Of a DNA stretch of 64,000 nt, positions 1 to 14,586 are shown in pieces. The notes under the pieces are model-generated. The model was not told the origin of the DNA. It was given only the letters and a program-made list of their open reading frames with translations, and searched no databases. The stretch is from assembly GCF_009914755.1 (NCBI RefSeq), contig NC_060937.1; one strand, written 5' to 3'. The translations under genes were made by a program, and so were the position numbers. Within the stretch, counting starts at the first letter, position 1; each line of letters starts with the position of its first letter. The stretch comes from the human T2T-CHM13v2.0 reference genome, Homo sapiens.

Positions 1-555
1 GGAAGTGTCTGACATACTCTGGAGACATTTTCCTCATTGTATTGGTGATTAACATTCAGCTCCTCATTACTTATACAAACTTCTGTAGCAGGCTTGAATT
101 TTTCCCTAGAAAATGGGTTTTTCTTTTTCAGTGCATTGTCAAGCTGCAAATTTTCCAAACTTTGAAGCTCTGCTTCCTGTTGAACTCTTTGCCACTTAGA
201 AATTTCTTCTGCCGGATACCCTAAATCATCTCTGTCAAGTTCAAAGTTCCACAGATCTCTAAGGCAGGGGCAAAATGTCACCAGTCTCTTTGCTAAAACA
301 TAGCAAGAGTGACCTTTACTCCAGTTACCAACAAGTTCCTCATCTTCATCTGAGATGACCTCAGCCTGATCTTCATTTTCTGGATCACTATCAAAGCTAT
401 TCAAGTCTCTAGGAAGTTCCAAACTTTCCCACATTTTCCTATTTTCTTTTGAGCCCTCCAAAATGTTCCCACTTCTGCGTGTTACCCAGTTCAAAAGTCA
501 TTTCCACACTTTCGGTTATCTTTACAGCAGAACCCCACTCTTGGTACCAATTTAC
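1..555 (-). mobile_element. THE1/MST-type MaLR internal sequence (continues beyond window start)
   Basis: Closely parallels the internal part of the full THE1 at ~10570-11171 (e.g. ccctaaatcatctctgtcaagttcaaagttccaca; ggtaccaatttac directly abutting the LTR). Confidence 0.9.
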
Positions 556-925
556 TGTATTAGTCTATTTTCACGCTGCTAGGAATACCCAAGACTGAGT
601 ATTTCAGTTTCAATTTATAAAGAAAAGAGGTTTAATTGACTCCCAGTCCCACATGTTGGGGATGCCTCAGGAAACTTACAATCATGGCTGAAGTAACCTC
701 TTCACAGGGTGGCAGGAGAGAGAATGAGTGCAAGCAGGGGAAATGTCAGATGCTTATAAAACCCATCAGATCTCATGAGACTTACTCAGTATCATGAGAA
801 CAGCATGGGGAAACCACCCCCATGATCCAATTACCTCCACCTGGTCCTGCCCTTAACATGTGAGGATTATGGGGATTACAATTCAAGTTGAGATTTGGGT
901 GGGGACACAGAGTCAAACCATATCA
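556..925 (-). mobile_element. THE1C/D-like MaLR LTR (5' LTR of the element)
   Basis: Runs from tgtattagtc to caaaccatatca, the reverse complement of the THE1 termini; contains ccatcagatctcatgaga and ggggacacag. Confidence 0.88.
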
Positions 926-3900
926 AGGAGGTACCAACTGTGTGAGGGGCCACAGTGAGCCAGGGTTTGAAGAGACCCAGGACCTCATGAGGATCAAGTG
1001 TTCACTGCAGGCTGGGAGACCAGGATGGGCCTTGTTGATTCAGAACACTAGACAAGTAATGCATTTTCTTCTTGCTGTTTTGGCATTGGGTAGAGACTGG
1101 CTGCAATTTATCATTCACCAGAACAATTTTTGGATAGAGATTTGTAAGAGAACCCTCACTTTTGTTTCGATGAGGCCTTCTGGCCTCAAGAATCTGAAGA
1201 GATTTTGCGGTTTGGTTTTATTTTCATAGAAAGACCAAAAAAACCCTCTGGAACACAAACTAATTCTGTATTTTAGGTTTTTCATATAGCTTCTGACAAC
1301 CACGAAGTGCTCAAGCGTTTAAACTTACGTTAACTAAATGAGCAAGGATTCCTTCCAATTCAAAGAAACCTATGAGCGTGGCAGGGATTCTGTGCGGTGT
1401 TGCTTGCCTACTGTTGGCCACATGCTTCTTTTTAGCTATAAGGATTGAGAGTATGAGTCACCTATAATTTTATGCTTCTTGAAAGCTTTCCTGAGAAGTT
1501 ATCTTCAGAAATCTCCTTTCGAATTCTGTATCAGACTTTTATTGCGTTTATATATTTATGTTAAAAGTGCCTTGTACATGGCTGCGCCAACTGGGATGGA
1601 GTCTTTTTCCAAAAGGGCTTAAATATCTGATGAAAATTGTATTTTCTTGGGAAAGAAAGAAAAAATGAGGGCTTGGTACTTCCTCAGAACTTTGTTTGGG
1701 TGTGAATTTTTGTTTTTAACTCCCTGTACTCTCATTCCCAATGGGCAGGACTTTTTTTTTTTTTTGAGGATTTTTTTAAGGTTTTAATTACTGTTTTCTC
1801 ACATGACTCTGCTCCCTACCTCATATAATTATACTATTTGTTGGAACCTAAAGACATTGAAACATTACAGGGGATGTAAACCCACTTTGCTGGTCTATAG
1901 CTTTGGAGTGCTTCCTCCTGCTACTCAAAAACCTGTCGAGCTCCTGGTGGCTGTACTGGAGTCAGCCTCCTGTCTTGGTTGTCAACATCTGTGGCTGTCA
2001 GCCCACAATGACCTTTGAGGAATGCCTTGGTGGCCCCTCAGGCACTTCTTGATCAGGTTCAGAGTGACCCAGAACCGGGATTATTCCAACCCACACTGGT
2101 GCAGCCATGCAAATTCTGAGTGGAATCCTCAGGGCGTTGACCCAGTGGCTGTGGTCAGAATCTGTACAAGACTTTCTGCAAAGACATATTTCTTGGCTTC
2201 AGTTCTATAGACTCCAGTCAGCCAGGGGAGAGGGGACTCATGAGCTCTGCAGTGATGACAGCGTGAGGAACGTTTATTTCAATCTGCAGCTTGCAGCTCG
2301 CTTCAGATTTATGCACTGTAGGATGTACGGATACATCCTACTCTGGCTGTATACTCATTTACTCTTAGCTAAATGCCAGACATGACAGGAGATGGTAGCA
2401 TTTTCTCACATGCGCCACTTCACATTCAGTGGGGCTAGTGGGGCCAGTGGGGCCAGTGGATCCTGGCCCTGGTATGTATTATATTTAAGCTCCTTGGATG
2501 ATTCTGGGCAGCTGGGTTTGGAACATCTGACCTACAGGATTTTAAAATTTGAGCATTCCAAGTAAACTGTGGTATCCCCTACCCCTCAGACTGGGCCAGT
2601 GATGACCAGGGTCATTTGGAGGACTCACAGGCCTTCCAGTGCTTGATGGTCTTCCTGAGGCATGCCGGAGGCATCCAGCCAGCATAATGCAAATGCTGAG
2701 CTCTGAGAAGTGACATTGCATGTGGTGTAGGTAGGGGAAAGCCTGCCCAGTAGAGGTGAACCACCATTACTGATGTTAACTGATGCCTATAGACCGCTCT
2801 CCTCCACCCCCAGGGGTGGTGCTGGGCACTGGGTGGATTTGGCCTTACAGAGATCCCAGAATGAATGGAAAACAGAGGGAGGAAAGAAAGACTTGTGTGC
2901 ATTGTAATTTCCTTCTTGAAAGCAAAATTCTGCACCTTAAATTATTTGCACACACACACTGAGTATACCTGTGTGTAACAGCAGACTTGGAAGGACATTC
3001 TAATTCAACTTGGCTCTGCCCGGTGGAGGGCAGAAGAGAACGGGAGTGTAGGGATCCTCGGCTGTCCACCCTCCTCTGCTAGCAAGCATCGCAGCCAACG
3101 GTCACTCCTTGGATGACAAGGAAGGTGACTACTGACGGGGACAGCCACGGTCTTAGACTTGCAAGTCGATACTTCTGGTACAAAAGGAATCCTGGGCCCG
3201 CTGAGCCCGCGGCATGCACTCTACTATTCCAGAACATGGTTTTGAACTGAAAGCAGTTTTATGGGTTGCAATCAATGAGTAGGACAGAAACTTCCTATTA
3301 CTCAGAGGAATATGATCACATAAGTGGTCCCAAGTCAGCAGACGGAGGGGCAGATGGGTACTCAGAGGACAGGGAGGACAGAGGTTGGCTGAAAAGTCAA
3401 GTCCTTTGGAGCCCTTTCTATATTGTAAAAAACAACAACCTTTCCCTGACCACATCATAAATGTTCACAGGAAAAACAGAAGAGTTTTTTTTTTTTAACA
3501 ATGTTTAAAAAGTATGCTACTTTAAGATAAAAAGTTCAGCTCTAGGCAGAATAGTAAACTATGGTTGCTCTGATTTTATTCAGTAAATGGATTACTGTGA
3601 AAACATCATTGCTGTGTCAAAATAGATGTTTAAAAAATATGCAGTTGATTTTACAAACCTCTCTCATGGATTCTTCCCCTTTCCCTGCTGTGGCTCACCT
3701 CCGCCCCATGAGGCTGCATGCCTGCCCCGAGCCTGAGAAGACAGCCTTGGCCTCCACCATCCCCATCTGACCATCTCTGGCACAACCTCCAGGCTGACTC
3801 TCATGACACTTGCTAGGGGACACCTTCACCTTCTCCCTCTGTCAAAATCAGGTGCACAGATCTCAGTAGTTTCCACCTGCAGCACGTTTCTCATGCCTCT

Positions 3901-4513
3901 GCTGTAAGGGAGGATTGCATTGCATGGTAATTCATTTTGTTGTTTACTGCGCTGGAGAATCTAGCAACCAGACATTTGTCTCATGGGTCTTTGTGCTTCT
4001 AGGGCCCTGCAAAGCCTCTAAAGCACGCAGGCACTTTGCAAAGACTTCCTGCTGAATGAGAGGAGGAGCTCCCGCGAGTCACACTGCACAGACAGCGGGG
4101 AGCAGCATCACCTTCCTCCTCGGATATGTGGAGGGTTTCAGGTGTGAGAGGATGGTACCTGGAAGAGAGTGTGTTGGATGGCTTCCCCAGTGAGAACACA
4201 TGGCCCTACCGTCACTCAGCTCCCAGTAAATAGTAAGTGCTCACAGATGTTTTTTGAGCATGAAAACCTTAAAATGTGCATTGTAGGAACTACTGACTAT
4301 TTTTGGAGGAGGAGACCAGGTCCCAAAGGGAGATGAGACTTACCAGGTGTCACCCAGCAGTTCTGGGACTGCGTGAGGCTCCTGTTCTGGTTCCCAGCCA
4401 TGAGCTCAGCTTTTACCTCCCCTGGGAGGTTCTGTGGTTGAGGACAGACTGCGGAAACCCTGAAGGCAGTTGATACATAGCCACAGGCTTCTATGTTTCT
4501 GGGTTTACTTCTT

Positions 4514-4870
<357 letters not shown>

Positions 4871-5516
4871 CTGGGTTTACTTCTTAAAGAAAGTCAATCT
4901 TGATGCCCATTGCAAATGAGCCGAGTGCTGCAGTCCTGTGGGTGGGAGCTGGAGGGGAGCTGCTGCCTGGGCACACTGCCTTCCGAGTCACCTGTCTCAC
5001 AAATAACACACAGAATTCCCAAGGACCTCAAGTCCTGCGAAGCAGCGAGCACATCTGCATAAGGGCCTCCATCTGTCACTGTCAAGTCCAGAATTCACAT
5101 CGATTTTGCTGTTTCTAACATAAACTGTGACTGTTGCTGTGGTTTGAGGGTTTGTGACAAGCAATAAAATACAAGTGGACATTCCATTTACTTAAAGCTT
5201 ATACATGTCAGCACCTAACCAAATAAAAAATAGGAGGAAAAATAAACTGACAATGATTAATATCACTAATGATTTGTTTTGCTTATTTTCTAAAGTAGAA
5301 ACTTGATCCCTTCTGTTTAAAATAGGCAGAGACATGATACCAGGAAGCACGAAAGCAATTTAGCTTCTGTCCTTACTTGTTCTTCTGCCATAGTTGGGAA
5401 TTTTTTTATTTTCTGTGGAATTAAATGTGCAAATACTAATTTTCACTAAATAAGAAAAATGTAAATGAGGTTGTGAATATGTCAGTAAGAGATGAACATG
5501 TCTAATTTAATAATGA

Positions 5517-5825
5517 TTTTTTTTGTTTGTTTGTTTTTTGAGACAGAGTCTCTCTCACTGTGTTGCCCAGGCTGGAGTGCAGTGGCATGATCTCAGCTCA
5601 CTGCAACCTCTGCCTCCCATGTTCAAGGGGTTCTCCTGCCTCAGCTTCCTGAATAGCTGGGATTACAGGCATGTGCCACCATACCCGGCTAATTTTTGTA
5701 TTTTTAGTAGAGATGGGGATTCACCATATTGGCCAGGCTGTTTTTGAACTCCTGACCTCAAGTGATCCACCCACCTCAGCCTCCCAAAGTGCTGCAATTA
5801 CAGGTGTGAGCCACCCCACCTGGCT
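5517..5825 (-). mobile_element. AluS (Sx/Sz-like)
   Basis: Full dimeric Alu in reverse; degenerate TSD ttaataatgatt/ttaatgatgatt. Confidence 0.93.
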
Positions 5826-6777
5826 TAATGATGATTCTTTATCTAAAGTAACCACACTAACAATGCAGTGGGTGGTGAAATTTGGATTTTCTAGCATCTA
5901 AAGACATAAGCTGGGAAGTCCTTCAATAGCTCACTCTATTCCCTGTGAAAGAAGTCATTAAAACATGTTTAATGTTGGCAAATTTTGCTTCCTCTTGTTT
6001 GGGCAAATCAAGAATGATAACAGATTTGGAGACCAACAGGGCCTTTGAGAATTGGTCGTGAGACAATCAAGCCCTTGCTTTTAGATGGGCGCTTTTTTGG
6101 TTAATATTTAGCACTGGCAGGTTCTTCTAAGATCTCAGCATGCTATCCTCCATGTTATTTCTTTTCTTCTCACATCGTGTTTGAGACCAAAGTGATTTCA
6201 GGCATCATTTGCCCTTTTTGGAGCTTCTCCGGATGGATGACTTGGACACCTGTGGGACATGTTGTAATTTGCCCCAGGAACTCCAGCTGCCGCACAAAAG
6301 CAGGCTAGATACTGCCGATTAAATGGTGCGACAATGTTACAAATGCAACTTTGAGTGGCAGATTTGGGCTGCAAAGGAATTAGTAATCAAGATGTAAAGA
6401 GAGGCAGAGTGGATTGTGTCAAAATGGTACTAGCTCGTGAACCACACCAGCAGGCACTGGCTGGAAAGGGGAACTCAGTGGTAAAGAGGGTAAAGAGTGC
6501 CTGTGTTCTGTTGTGGTAGGGGACAATGGTCAGTTCGTTGCTTCCATGGGGAGCTTGAAATGAACAAGGTGAGAAGGCAAACCAGGTTCCTCCGTGACAC
6601 ACAGGGCTAAGGGGCCTTTATCTCTGCCTGTGAGGCCCTGGCAGTTGGCTTCTTCCTTATCCAAAGGAATCAGTAAGATCTCATTCTGTATTATTACTGG
6701 CTCATGAAAACTGTTGAGTAAACACAGGTTGTTGAAAAATAACATGTTAATTTTAAAATGCTTGCTATGTTCTCAAG

Positions 6778-6990
6778 TGGGGTATTAGCAAATTGTGGAC
6801 CATGGCTGAATGCAGCCTGACACCTGCTTTTCACATAAAGCTGTACTGGAGTACAACCCTGCTCGTCTGTTTACATGTTGTGTGGCTTCTTTTCCTGTAA
6901 CAGTGGAGTGATGGGGATGGTATAGCTTCCAAAGACTAAACTATTTACTATCTGGCCCTGTTCTGGAAAAGTTGCTTATATTGGCTCTAG
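6778..6990. mobile_element. MER58-like hAT DNA transposon relic
   Basis: Motifs ataaagctgtactgga and ctaaactatttactatctggccctgttctggaaaagttgc. Confidence 0.65.
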
Positions 6991-7418
6991 AGTAGCCTTG
7001 TCCAGTAGAAATACAATGTGGGTAACCTGGTAGGTCTTGTCTGATTTGTTTCGATGGAGGAGGTAGACATCTGTCATTTGCTGTATGGGAGTAGAGACTC
7101 TGGGCTCACCCTGAACCTCAGAGAGGTCACATGGTAGCTAACATCTGAGTCTTACATCCTTCAGTTGTAAGATTGGAATCTTAGTTATATTCTACCTACA
7201 TCAGAGATAGTTGTGGGAATCAGTAAAATTAGTATGATAATACACTGTAAGCCAGAGCCCCAGGGAAAAAGGTATCACAGTAACTTTCGAGAATGAGGAT
7301 CCATCTGGTGCACAAAAGATTGATGGGCTTTTGTCTTCTGTCCACATTTGGGTCCAAAGTGTTCCATAAAAAGTATCCCCTAAAGGTGACCCCAGTGATA
7401 TGAAAGTGAGTAGCTTTC

Positions 7419-8214
7419 ACTGCAAAAACACACCAAAATATAAAGACCAATGACACTATGAAGAAACTACATCAACTAATGTGTAAAATAACCAGCTAGC
7501 ATCATGATGACAGAATCAAATTCACACATAACAATATTAACCTTAAATGTAAATAAGCTAAATAGCCTCAATTAAAAGACACAGACTGTCGAATTGGATA
7601 ACGAGTCAAGACCCATCAGTGTGCTGTATTCAGGAGACCCATCTCATGTGCAAAGACACATAAAGGCTCAAAATAAAGGGATGGAGGATATACCCAAAGG
7701 ATTATAAATTATACTACTATAAAGACACATGCACATGTATGTTTATTGCAGCACCATTTACAATAGCAAAGACTTGGAACCAACCCAGATGCCCATCAGT
7801 GATAGACTGGATAAAGAAAATGTGGCACATATACACCATGGAATACTCTGTAGCCATAAAAAAGAATGAGTTCATGTCCTTTGCAGGGACATGGATGAAG
7901 CTGGAAGCAACATTCTCAGCAAACTAACACAGGAACAGAAAATCAAACACTGCATGTTCTCACTCATAAGCGGGAGTTGAACAATGAGAACACATGGACA
8001 CCGGGAGGGGAACATCACACACCCGGGCTGGCTAGGGGTCAGGGGCAAGGGGAGAGAGAGCATTAGGACAAATACCTAATGCATGCAGGGCTTAAAACCT
8101 AGATGATGGGTTGATAGGTGCAGCAAACCACCATGGCACATGTATACCTATGTAACAAAGCTGCACGTTCTGCACAAGTATCCCAGAACTTAAAGTAAAA
8201 TAAATAAAAAAAGA
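7419..8214 (+). mobile_element. L1PA7/8-like element, 5'-truncated and internally deleted, with 17-bp TSD
   Basis: ORF1 end/ORF2 start (atgacagaatcaaattcacacataacaatattaacc) joined at ~7688 to the ORF2 C-terminus (MFIAAPFTIAKTWNQPRCPS) and 3'UTR/poly-A. TSD gaaagtgagt[a/g]gctttc at 7402-7418 and 8215-8231. Confidence 0.93.
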
Positions 8215-9249
8215 GAAAGTGAGTGGCTTTCCCAGTGGGTTACAATATAATATTTAGGAATTTCTCTTAACAGTAAAGAGAAAAAAGTATAACAAGAGAT
8301 AATTTTAATAAAGAAGGGCTAAGAAGGCATAGTTTAAGAAAATGATTTTATTCTGAATTTTTTAAACTTTGAGCTGCTTGATGGTCTGTCCCAGAAAAAC
8401 AAGCCTCTGCATTACAGAAGGATGGGTTCAGAGAGTGCACCTTGCCTCTAGTGTCAGAATGTTGCAACCTGGGCTCCTGTGAAAAGCCTGTGTGTTTTGT
8501 CATGAAGGCAGGAGGCCTTATACAATTCTACCAGTACTCTTGTTAGCTTTGGAAGATGCAGACAATCTGTATTTAGTGTGAAGTCTGATTACCTATTGAA
8601 CAAAGAAAAAAATTGGAAACAATTGCTTTGGAAAGCACAGAAAATACCTATTTTCTTGCCAGAGTTTTTATCTGAAAGTGGAAAAAACAAGGTTTAGAAT
8701 GTCTATTTTGGAATCAAGGATGCTTTTAGCTCTGTTATCTTCTATTTAACAGGAGATTCTGATTTTTAAACATTTGTTCTGCTGGGTCTCAGAGATCTTT
8801 TGGTGCTGGACTGATCTTAGCCATAAAAACATTTTAACAGGTCCTGTTATTTAGTAATGAAATAGTAGAGGTCGTACACAGCATTCGCTTAGAAATATTT
8901 TTTTAACTAGATCATGGGGAGACAACTCAATGATTCATTTTAAGTCTGGAAGTTTGAAATTTAGGAAACTCCTTGAGGAAGGTTGTTGACGCCACTAGTG
9001 TTGTGGCCATGAAGATACATAACGAGGTTCTTATTTGTCAGAGACCATGGAAATATGGATTTACCTGAAGGAGGGATAGGAACTAGATGATTCTCAAGAA
9101 CCTTTTGATACTTAAATATTAGAATGTTCAAGAAAATAGAAGAAATTCTATTTGTTGCATTTATTGGGATGATGATTTGTCTCTTTTCCTCCTTCCTGCT
9201 CCTTCTTTTCAGGCTGTGGTTGGGGTCTTTTCATTTTAAATATACCTAT

Positions 9250-11534
9250 TGTATTAGTCCATTTTCATGCCTCTGATAAAGACATACTTGAGACTGGGCA
9301 ATTTATAAAAGAAAGAGGTTTAATTGGACTCACAGTTTTATGTGGCTGGGGAGGTCTCACAATCATGGCAGAAGGCAAGGAGGAGCAAGTGACATCTTAC
9401 ATGGATGGTGGCAGACAAAAAGAGCTTGTGCATGGAAACTCCAGTTTTTAAAAACCATCAGATCCCGGTGAGACACATTCACTATCATAAGAACAGCAAG
9501 GGAAAGATGATCTCCCCCCAGGTCCCTCCCACAACACATGGGAATTATGGGAGCTACAAGATGAGATTAGGGTGGGGACACAAAGCCAAGCCATATCATT
9601 CCACCCCAGGCCCCTCCCAAATCTCATATCTTCACATTTCAAAACCAATCATGCCTTTCCAACAGTCCCCTAAAGTCTCAACTCATTTCAGCATTAACTC
9701 AAAAGTTCACAGTCCAAAGTCTAGTCAGAGACAAGGCAATTCCCTTCCACCTATGAGCCTGTAAAACCAAAAGCAATGTTAGTTACCTCCTGGATACAAT
9801 GGGGGTACAGACATTGGGTAAATACAGCCATTCCAAATGGGAGAAATTGGCCAAAACAAAGGGGCTATTGGCCCCATAGAAGTCCAAAATCCAGCGGGCA
9901 GTCAAATCTTAAAGCTCCAAAATGATCTCCTTTGACTCCATGTTGCATATCCAGGTCACACTGATGCAAGAGGTAGGTTCCCATAGTCTTGGGCAGCTTT
10001 GCCCTGTGGCTTTGCTGGGTATGGTCTCCCTCCTGGCTGCCTTCACAGGCTGGCATTGAGTGTCTGCAGCTTTTCCAGGTTCATAGTGCAAGCTGTCAGT
10101 GGAGCTACCATTCTGGGATCTGGAGGATGGTGGCCATCTTCTCACAGCTCCACTAGGTGGTTCCCCCACAGGAACTCTATGTGGGGTTTCCCATCCCGCA
10201 TTTCCTTTCTACACTGCCCTAGCAGAGGTTCTCCATGAGGACCCCGCCCCTACAGCAAACTTCTGCTGGGCATCCAGGCGTTTCCATACATCTTCTGAAA
10301 TCTAGGTGCAGGTTCCCAAACCAATACTTGACTTCTGTTCACTAGCAGGCTCAATACCATGTGGAAACTGTGAAGGCTTGAGGCTCACACTCTCTAAAGC
10401 CATGGGCTGAGCTCTGTGTTGGCCCCTTTTAGACATGGCTGAAGTGGCTGGGACGCAGGGCATCAAGTCCCTAAACTGCATACAGCAGAGGGACCCTGGG
10501 CCCGGCCCATGAAACCATTTTTTCCTCCTAAACCTCCAGGCTCGTGATGGGGCGGGCTGCTGCAAAGGTCTCTGCCATGCCCTGAAGACATTTTCCCCAT
10601 TATCTTGGTGAATCACTTCGGCTCCTTGTTCCTTATGCAAATTTATGCAGCCAGCTTGAATTTCTCCTCAGAAAAAGGGATTTTTTTTTTCTGTCACATT
10701 GTCAGGCTGTAAATTTTTCAAACTTTTATGCTGTTTCCATTTTAAAACCAAATGCCTTTAACAGCACCCAAGTCACCTCTTGAATGCTTAGCTGCTTAGA
10801 ACTTTCTTCTGCCAGATACCCTAAATCATTTCTCTCAAGTTCAAAGTTCCACAAATATCTAGGGTGGGGGCAAAATGCTGCCAGTCTCTTTGCTAAAACA
10901 TTACAAGAGCTGCCTTTGCTCCAGTTCCCGGCAAATGCCTCATCTCCATTTGAGACCACCTCAGCCTGGATTTCATTGTCCATATCATTATCAGCATTTT
11001 GTCAAAGCCATTCAATAAGTATCTAGGACTTTCCTAACTTTTCCACATTTTCCTGTCTTCTTCTGATCCCTCCAAACTGTTCCAACCTCTGCCTGCTACC
11101 CAATTCCAAAGTCACTTCCACATTTTCGGGTATCTTTTCAACAGTGCCCCATTCTACTGGTACCAATTTACTGTATTCGTCTGTTTTCATGCTGCTAATA
11201 AAGACATGCCCAAGACTGGGACATTTACAAAAGAAAGAAGTTTAACTGGACTCACAGTTTTACATGGCTGGGGAGGCCTCACAATTACGGTGACTTGCAA
11301 GAAGGAGCAAGTCGCATCTTACGTGGATGGCAGCAGGCAAAGAGAGCTTGTGCATGGAAATTTCCATTTTAAAAAACCATCAGATCTTGTGAGACCCATT
11401 CACTATCACCAGAACAGCATGAGAAAGACCCATCCATGATTCAATCATCTGCCACCGGGTCCCTCTCACAACACGTGAAAATTATGGGAGCTACAAGATA
11501 AGATTTGGTGGGGACACAGAGCCAAACCATATCA
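9250..11534 (-). mobile_element. Full-length THE1A/B MaLR retrotransposon (LTR 9250-9598, internal 9599-11171, LTR 11172-11534)
   Basis: Two direct ~350-bp LTRs (tgtatt...ccatatca) around ~1.57 kb of THE1 internal sequence; 5-bp TSD CCTAT at 9245-9249 and 11535-11539. Confidence 0.96.
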
Positions 11535-11637
11535 CCTATATATATTCCTCATAACATTCACCTTATGAGTGTCCATTTTCGTCCATTGATAGCATCTTTT
11601 AGCGTTGGGGCACACTTCACCCTTCAGAGACAGTTTG

Positions 11638-11639
<2 letters not shown>

Positions 11640-11671
<32 letters not shown>

Positions 11672-11949
11672 CAAGGTCTTGCTCTGTTGCCCAGGCTGGA
11701 GTGCAGTGGTGTGCTCCTGGCTCATTGCAGCCTTGACCTCTCCAGGTTCAGGTGATCCTCCCATCTCAGCCTCCTGAGTAGCTGGGACTACAGGAGCATG
11801 CCACCACGCCCAGCTAATTTTTCTATTTTTAATAGAGATGGAGATTCACCATGTTTCCCAGACTGGTCTCCCACTCCTGGGCTCAAGTTGTCTGCCCATC
11901 TCAGACTCCCAAAGTGCTGGGATTACAGCTGTGTGCCACCACGCCAGTC
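11640..11949 (-). mobile_element. AluJ
   Basis: J-type right arm (gcagccttgacctc, gatcctcccatctcagcc); TSD cagtttggctt on both sides. Confidence 0.92.
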
Positions 11950-12074
11950 CAGTTTGGCTTCTTAATTCTCTGCAATCACTTCCTTGAGTATTCACCTTTC
12001 AGTCCCTTTCAGGACTAGCTCCCTTTGCCCTTTGCTACTTTTCCCTTCTTATCTTTTATTTTCTTGAAGGTAGG

Positions 12075-12255
12075 TTGTATGGTAGAGGCAGTATATAAAT
12101 TACCTGTTACTTATTAGCTGTGTAATTTAGAAAATGTTACCTAATTGAACTTCAGTTTTATTCTTTGCAAAATGTGAATAATCACCTTCACTTTACAGAG
12201 ATTTAAGAAATAAAATGATTTAAAGGTAGTCAGCACCTGGTACATTTACTGAAAA
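12075..12255 (+). mobile_element. MIR relic
   Basis: acttattagctgtgtaatttagaaaatgttacct and ttcagttttattctttgcaaaatg resemble the MIR core. Confidence 0.6.
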
Positions 12256-12313
12256 CATTTAAAAACGGATGTATGGGTGACATGGTAAGCATTTGACAAC
12301 TTTCTTTAGATGA

Positions 12314-12692
<379 letters not shown>

Positions 12693-13399
12693 TAATGTTC
12701 TGCTCTATTTTCCTCTGTAATTTCAAGTTACCACCACGTGGGTCAGCAGGTAAAGGAGTCTCTTAGTCTTAACCTTGATTCCAAAACAGGAGAAATATAG
12801 CATACGTAATTTAAACAATTTAAATCCTGAATTGCCAATATAAAGTGCTAAGTGTTAGCACCATGCTAGCTTTGACAAACTATAAAAATAGATGAAATTT
12901 CTAAGAAAAGGGGCTTTCTCCCTGACCATCCCCTGCCAGCTATGAATTTTCCCGGTCGGCATGAATTGTGCTTGAGAGGTGATATGCCTCAGAAGCTTTT
13001 CCAGCAGAAGAAGTTGTAGATTGCAACCAAAATAATGACCCTCCACAACTAATGTGTTCTAAGTGGCTGATGGCTTCAAACATTGTACTTGTTCATGTTG
13101 ACTGGGATTGGAGTGCTGATGGAGGTAGGGCAGAGGGCTAGGGTTGCAAAATTCTCTGGTCTAGCTTTTAACATAAGTGAAACTGCTTAGTGAATTATTC
13201 CATTTGCATTCCATTTGCTGACTTAAGAATGACCACAGAGGCTATAGGCAAAAGAAAGGATCTGGCACCAAACTACTTACTTGGCAAATTATCTTGACAC
13301 CAGTGCATGCTATACTGAATATCTTAGACTTTACAATAGAGAGAAAAATCTACAAATTTATGTATATGTGGGAAAACCTTCACTTAACAATCTTATCTT

Positions 13400-14100
13400 T
13401 ATTTTTTTTCTTTTTCTTAAATAATTTCAACTTTTATTTTAGATTCAGGGGGCACATGTGCAGGTTTGTTACAATGGTGTATTGCATGACACTGAGGTTT
13501 GGGGTATGAATGATCCCGTCACTCAGGTAGTGAGCATGGAACTCGATAGGTATTTTTTTTGCCCTTTCCCTCTTCCCCTTCTTTCCACTCTGGTAGTCCC
13601 CGGTATCTATTATTTCCATCTTTGTGTCCATATGTACCCAATGTTTAGCTCTCATTTATAAGTAAGAATATGTGGTATTTGGTTTTCTGTTCCTGCATTA
13701 ATTCCCTTAGGATAATGACCTCCAGTTCCATAATGTTGCTGCAGAGGACATGATTTCATTCTTTTTTCTGGCTGTGTAGTATTCCATGGTGTATATGGAC
13801 CACATTTTCTTTATTCAACCCACTGTTGATGGACAGCTAGGTTGATCCCATGTCTTTGCTATTGTGAATAGTGCTGCAATAAACATACTGGTGCAGGCGT
13901 CTTTTTTGTAGAGTGATTTGTTTTCCTTTGGGTATATACCCAATAGTGAAATTGCTCAGTCAAATGGTAGTTCTTTTCTTAGTTCTTTGATAAATCTCCA
14001 AATTGCTTTCCAAAGTGACTGAACTAATTTACATTCCTACTAGCAGTTTATAAGCATTCCTTTTTCTCTGCAGGCTCACCAGCATTTGTTATTTTTTTGT
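13400..14100 (-). mobile_element. L1PA15/16-L1PB-like 3' end
   Basis: Reverse 3'UTR ttttagattcagggggcacatgtgcaggtttgttac...gaggtttggggtatgaatgatcccgtcac, then ORF2 3' sequence. Confidence 0.9.
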
Positions 14101-14130
14101 CTTAAAAAAATCTTATCTTTAAAGTCATCA

Positions 14131-14586
<456 letters not shown>

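Noticed and set aside
2428-2460. 9-bp tandem agtggggc[t/c] x3
   Set aside because: Trivial slippage repeat next to a probable MER5-like relic.
9405-11026. Cluster of ORFs within THE1
   Set aside because: Fragmented MaLR internal sequence with no intact gag-like frame.
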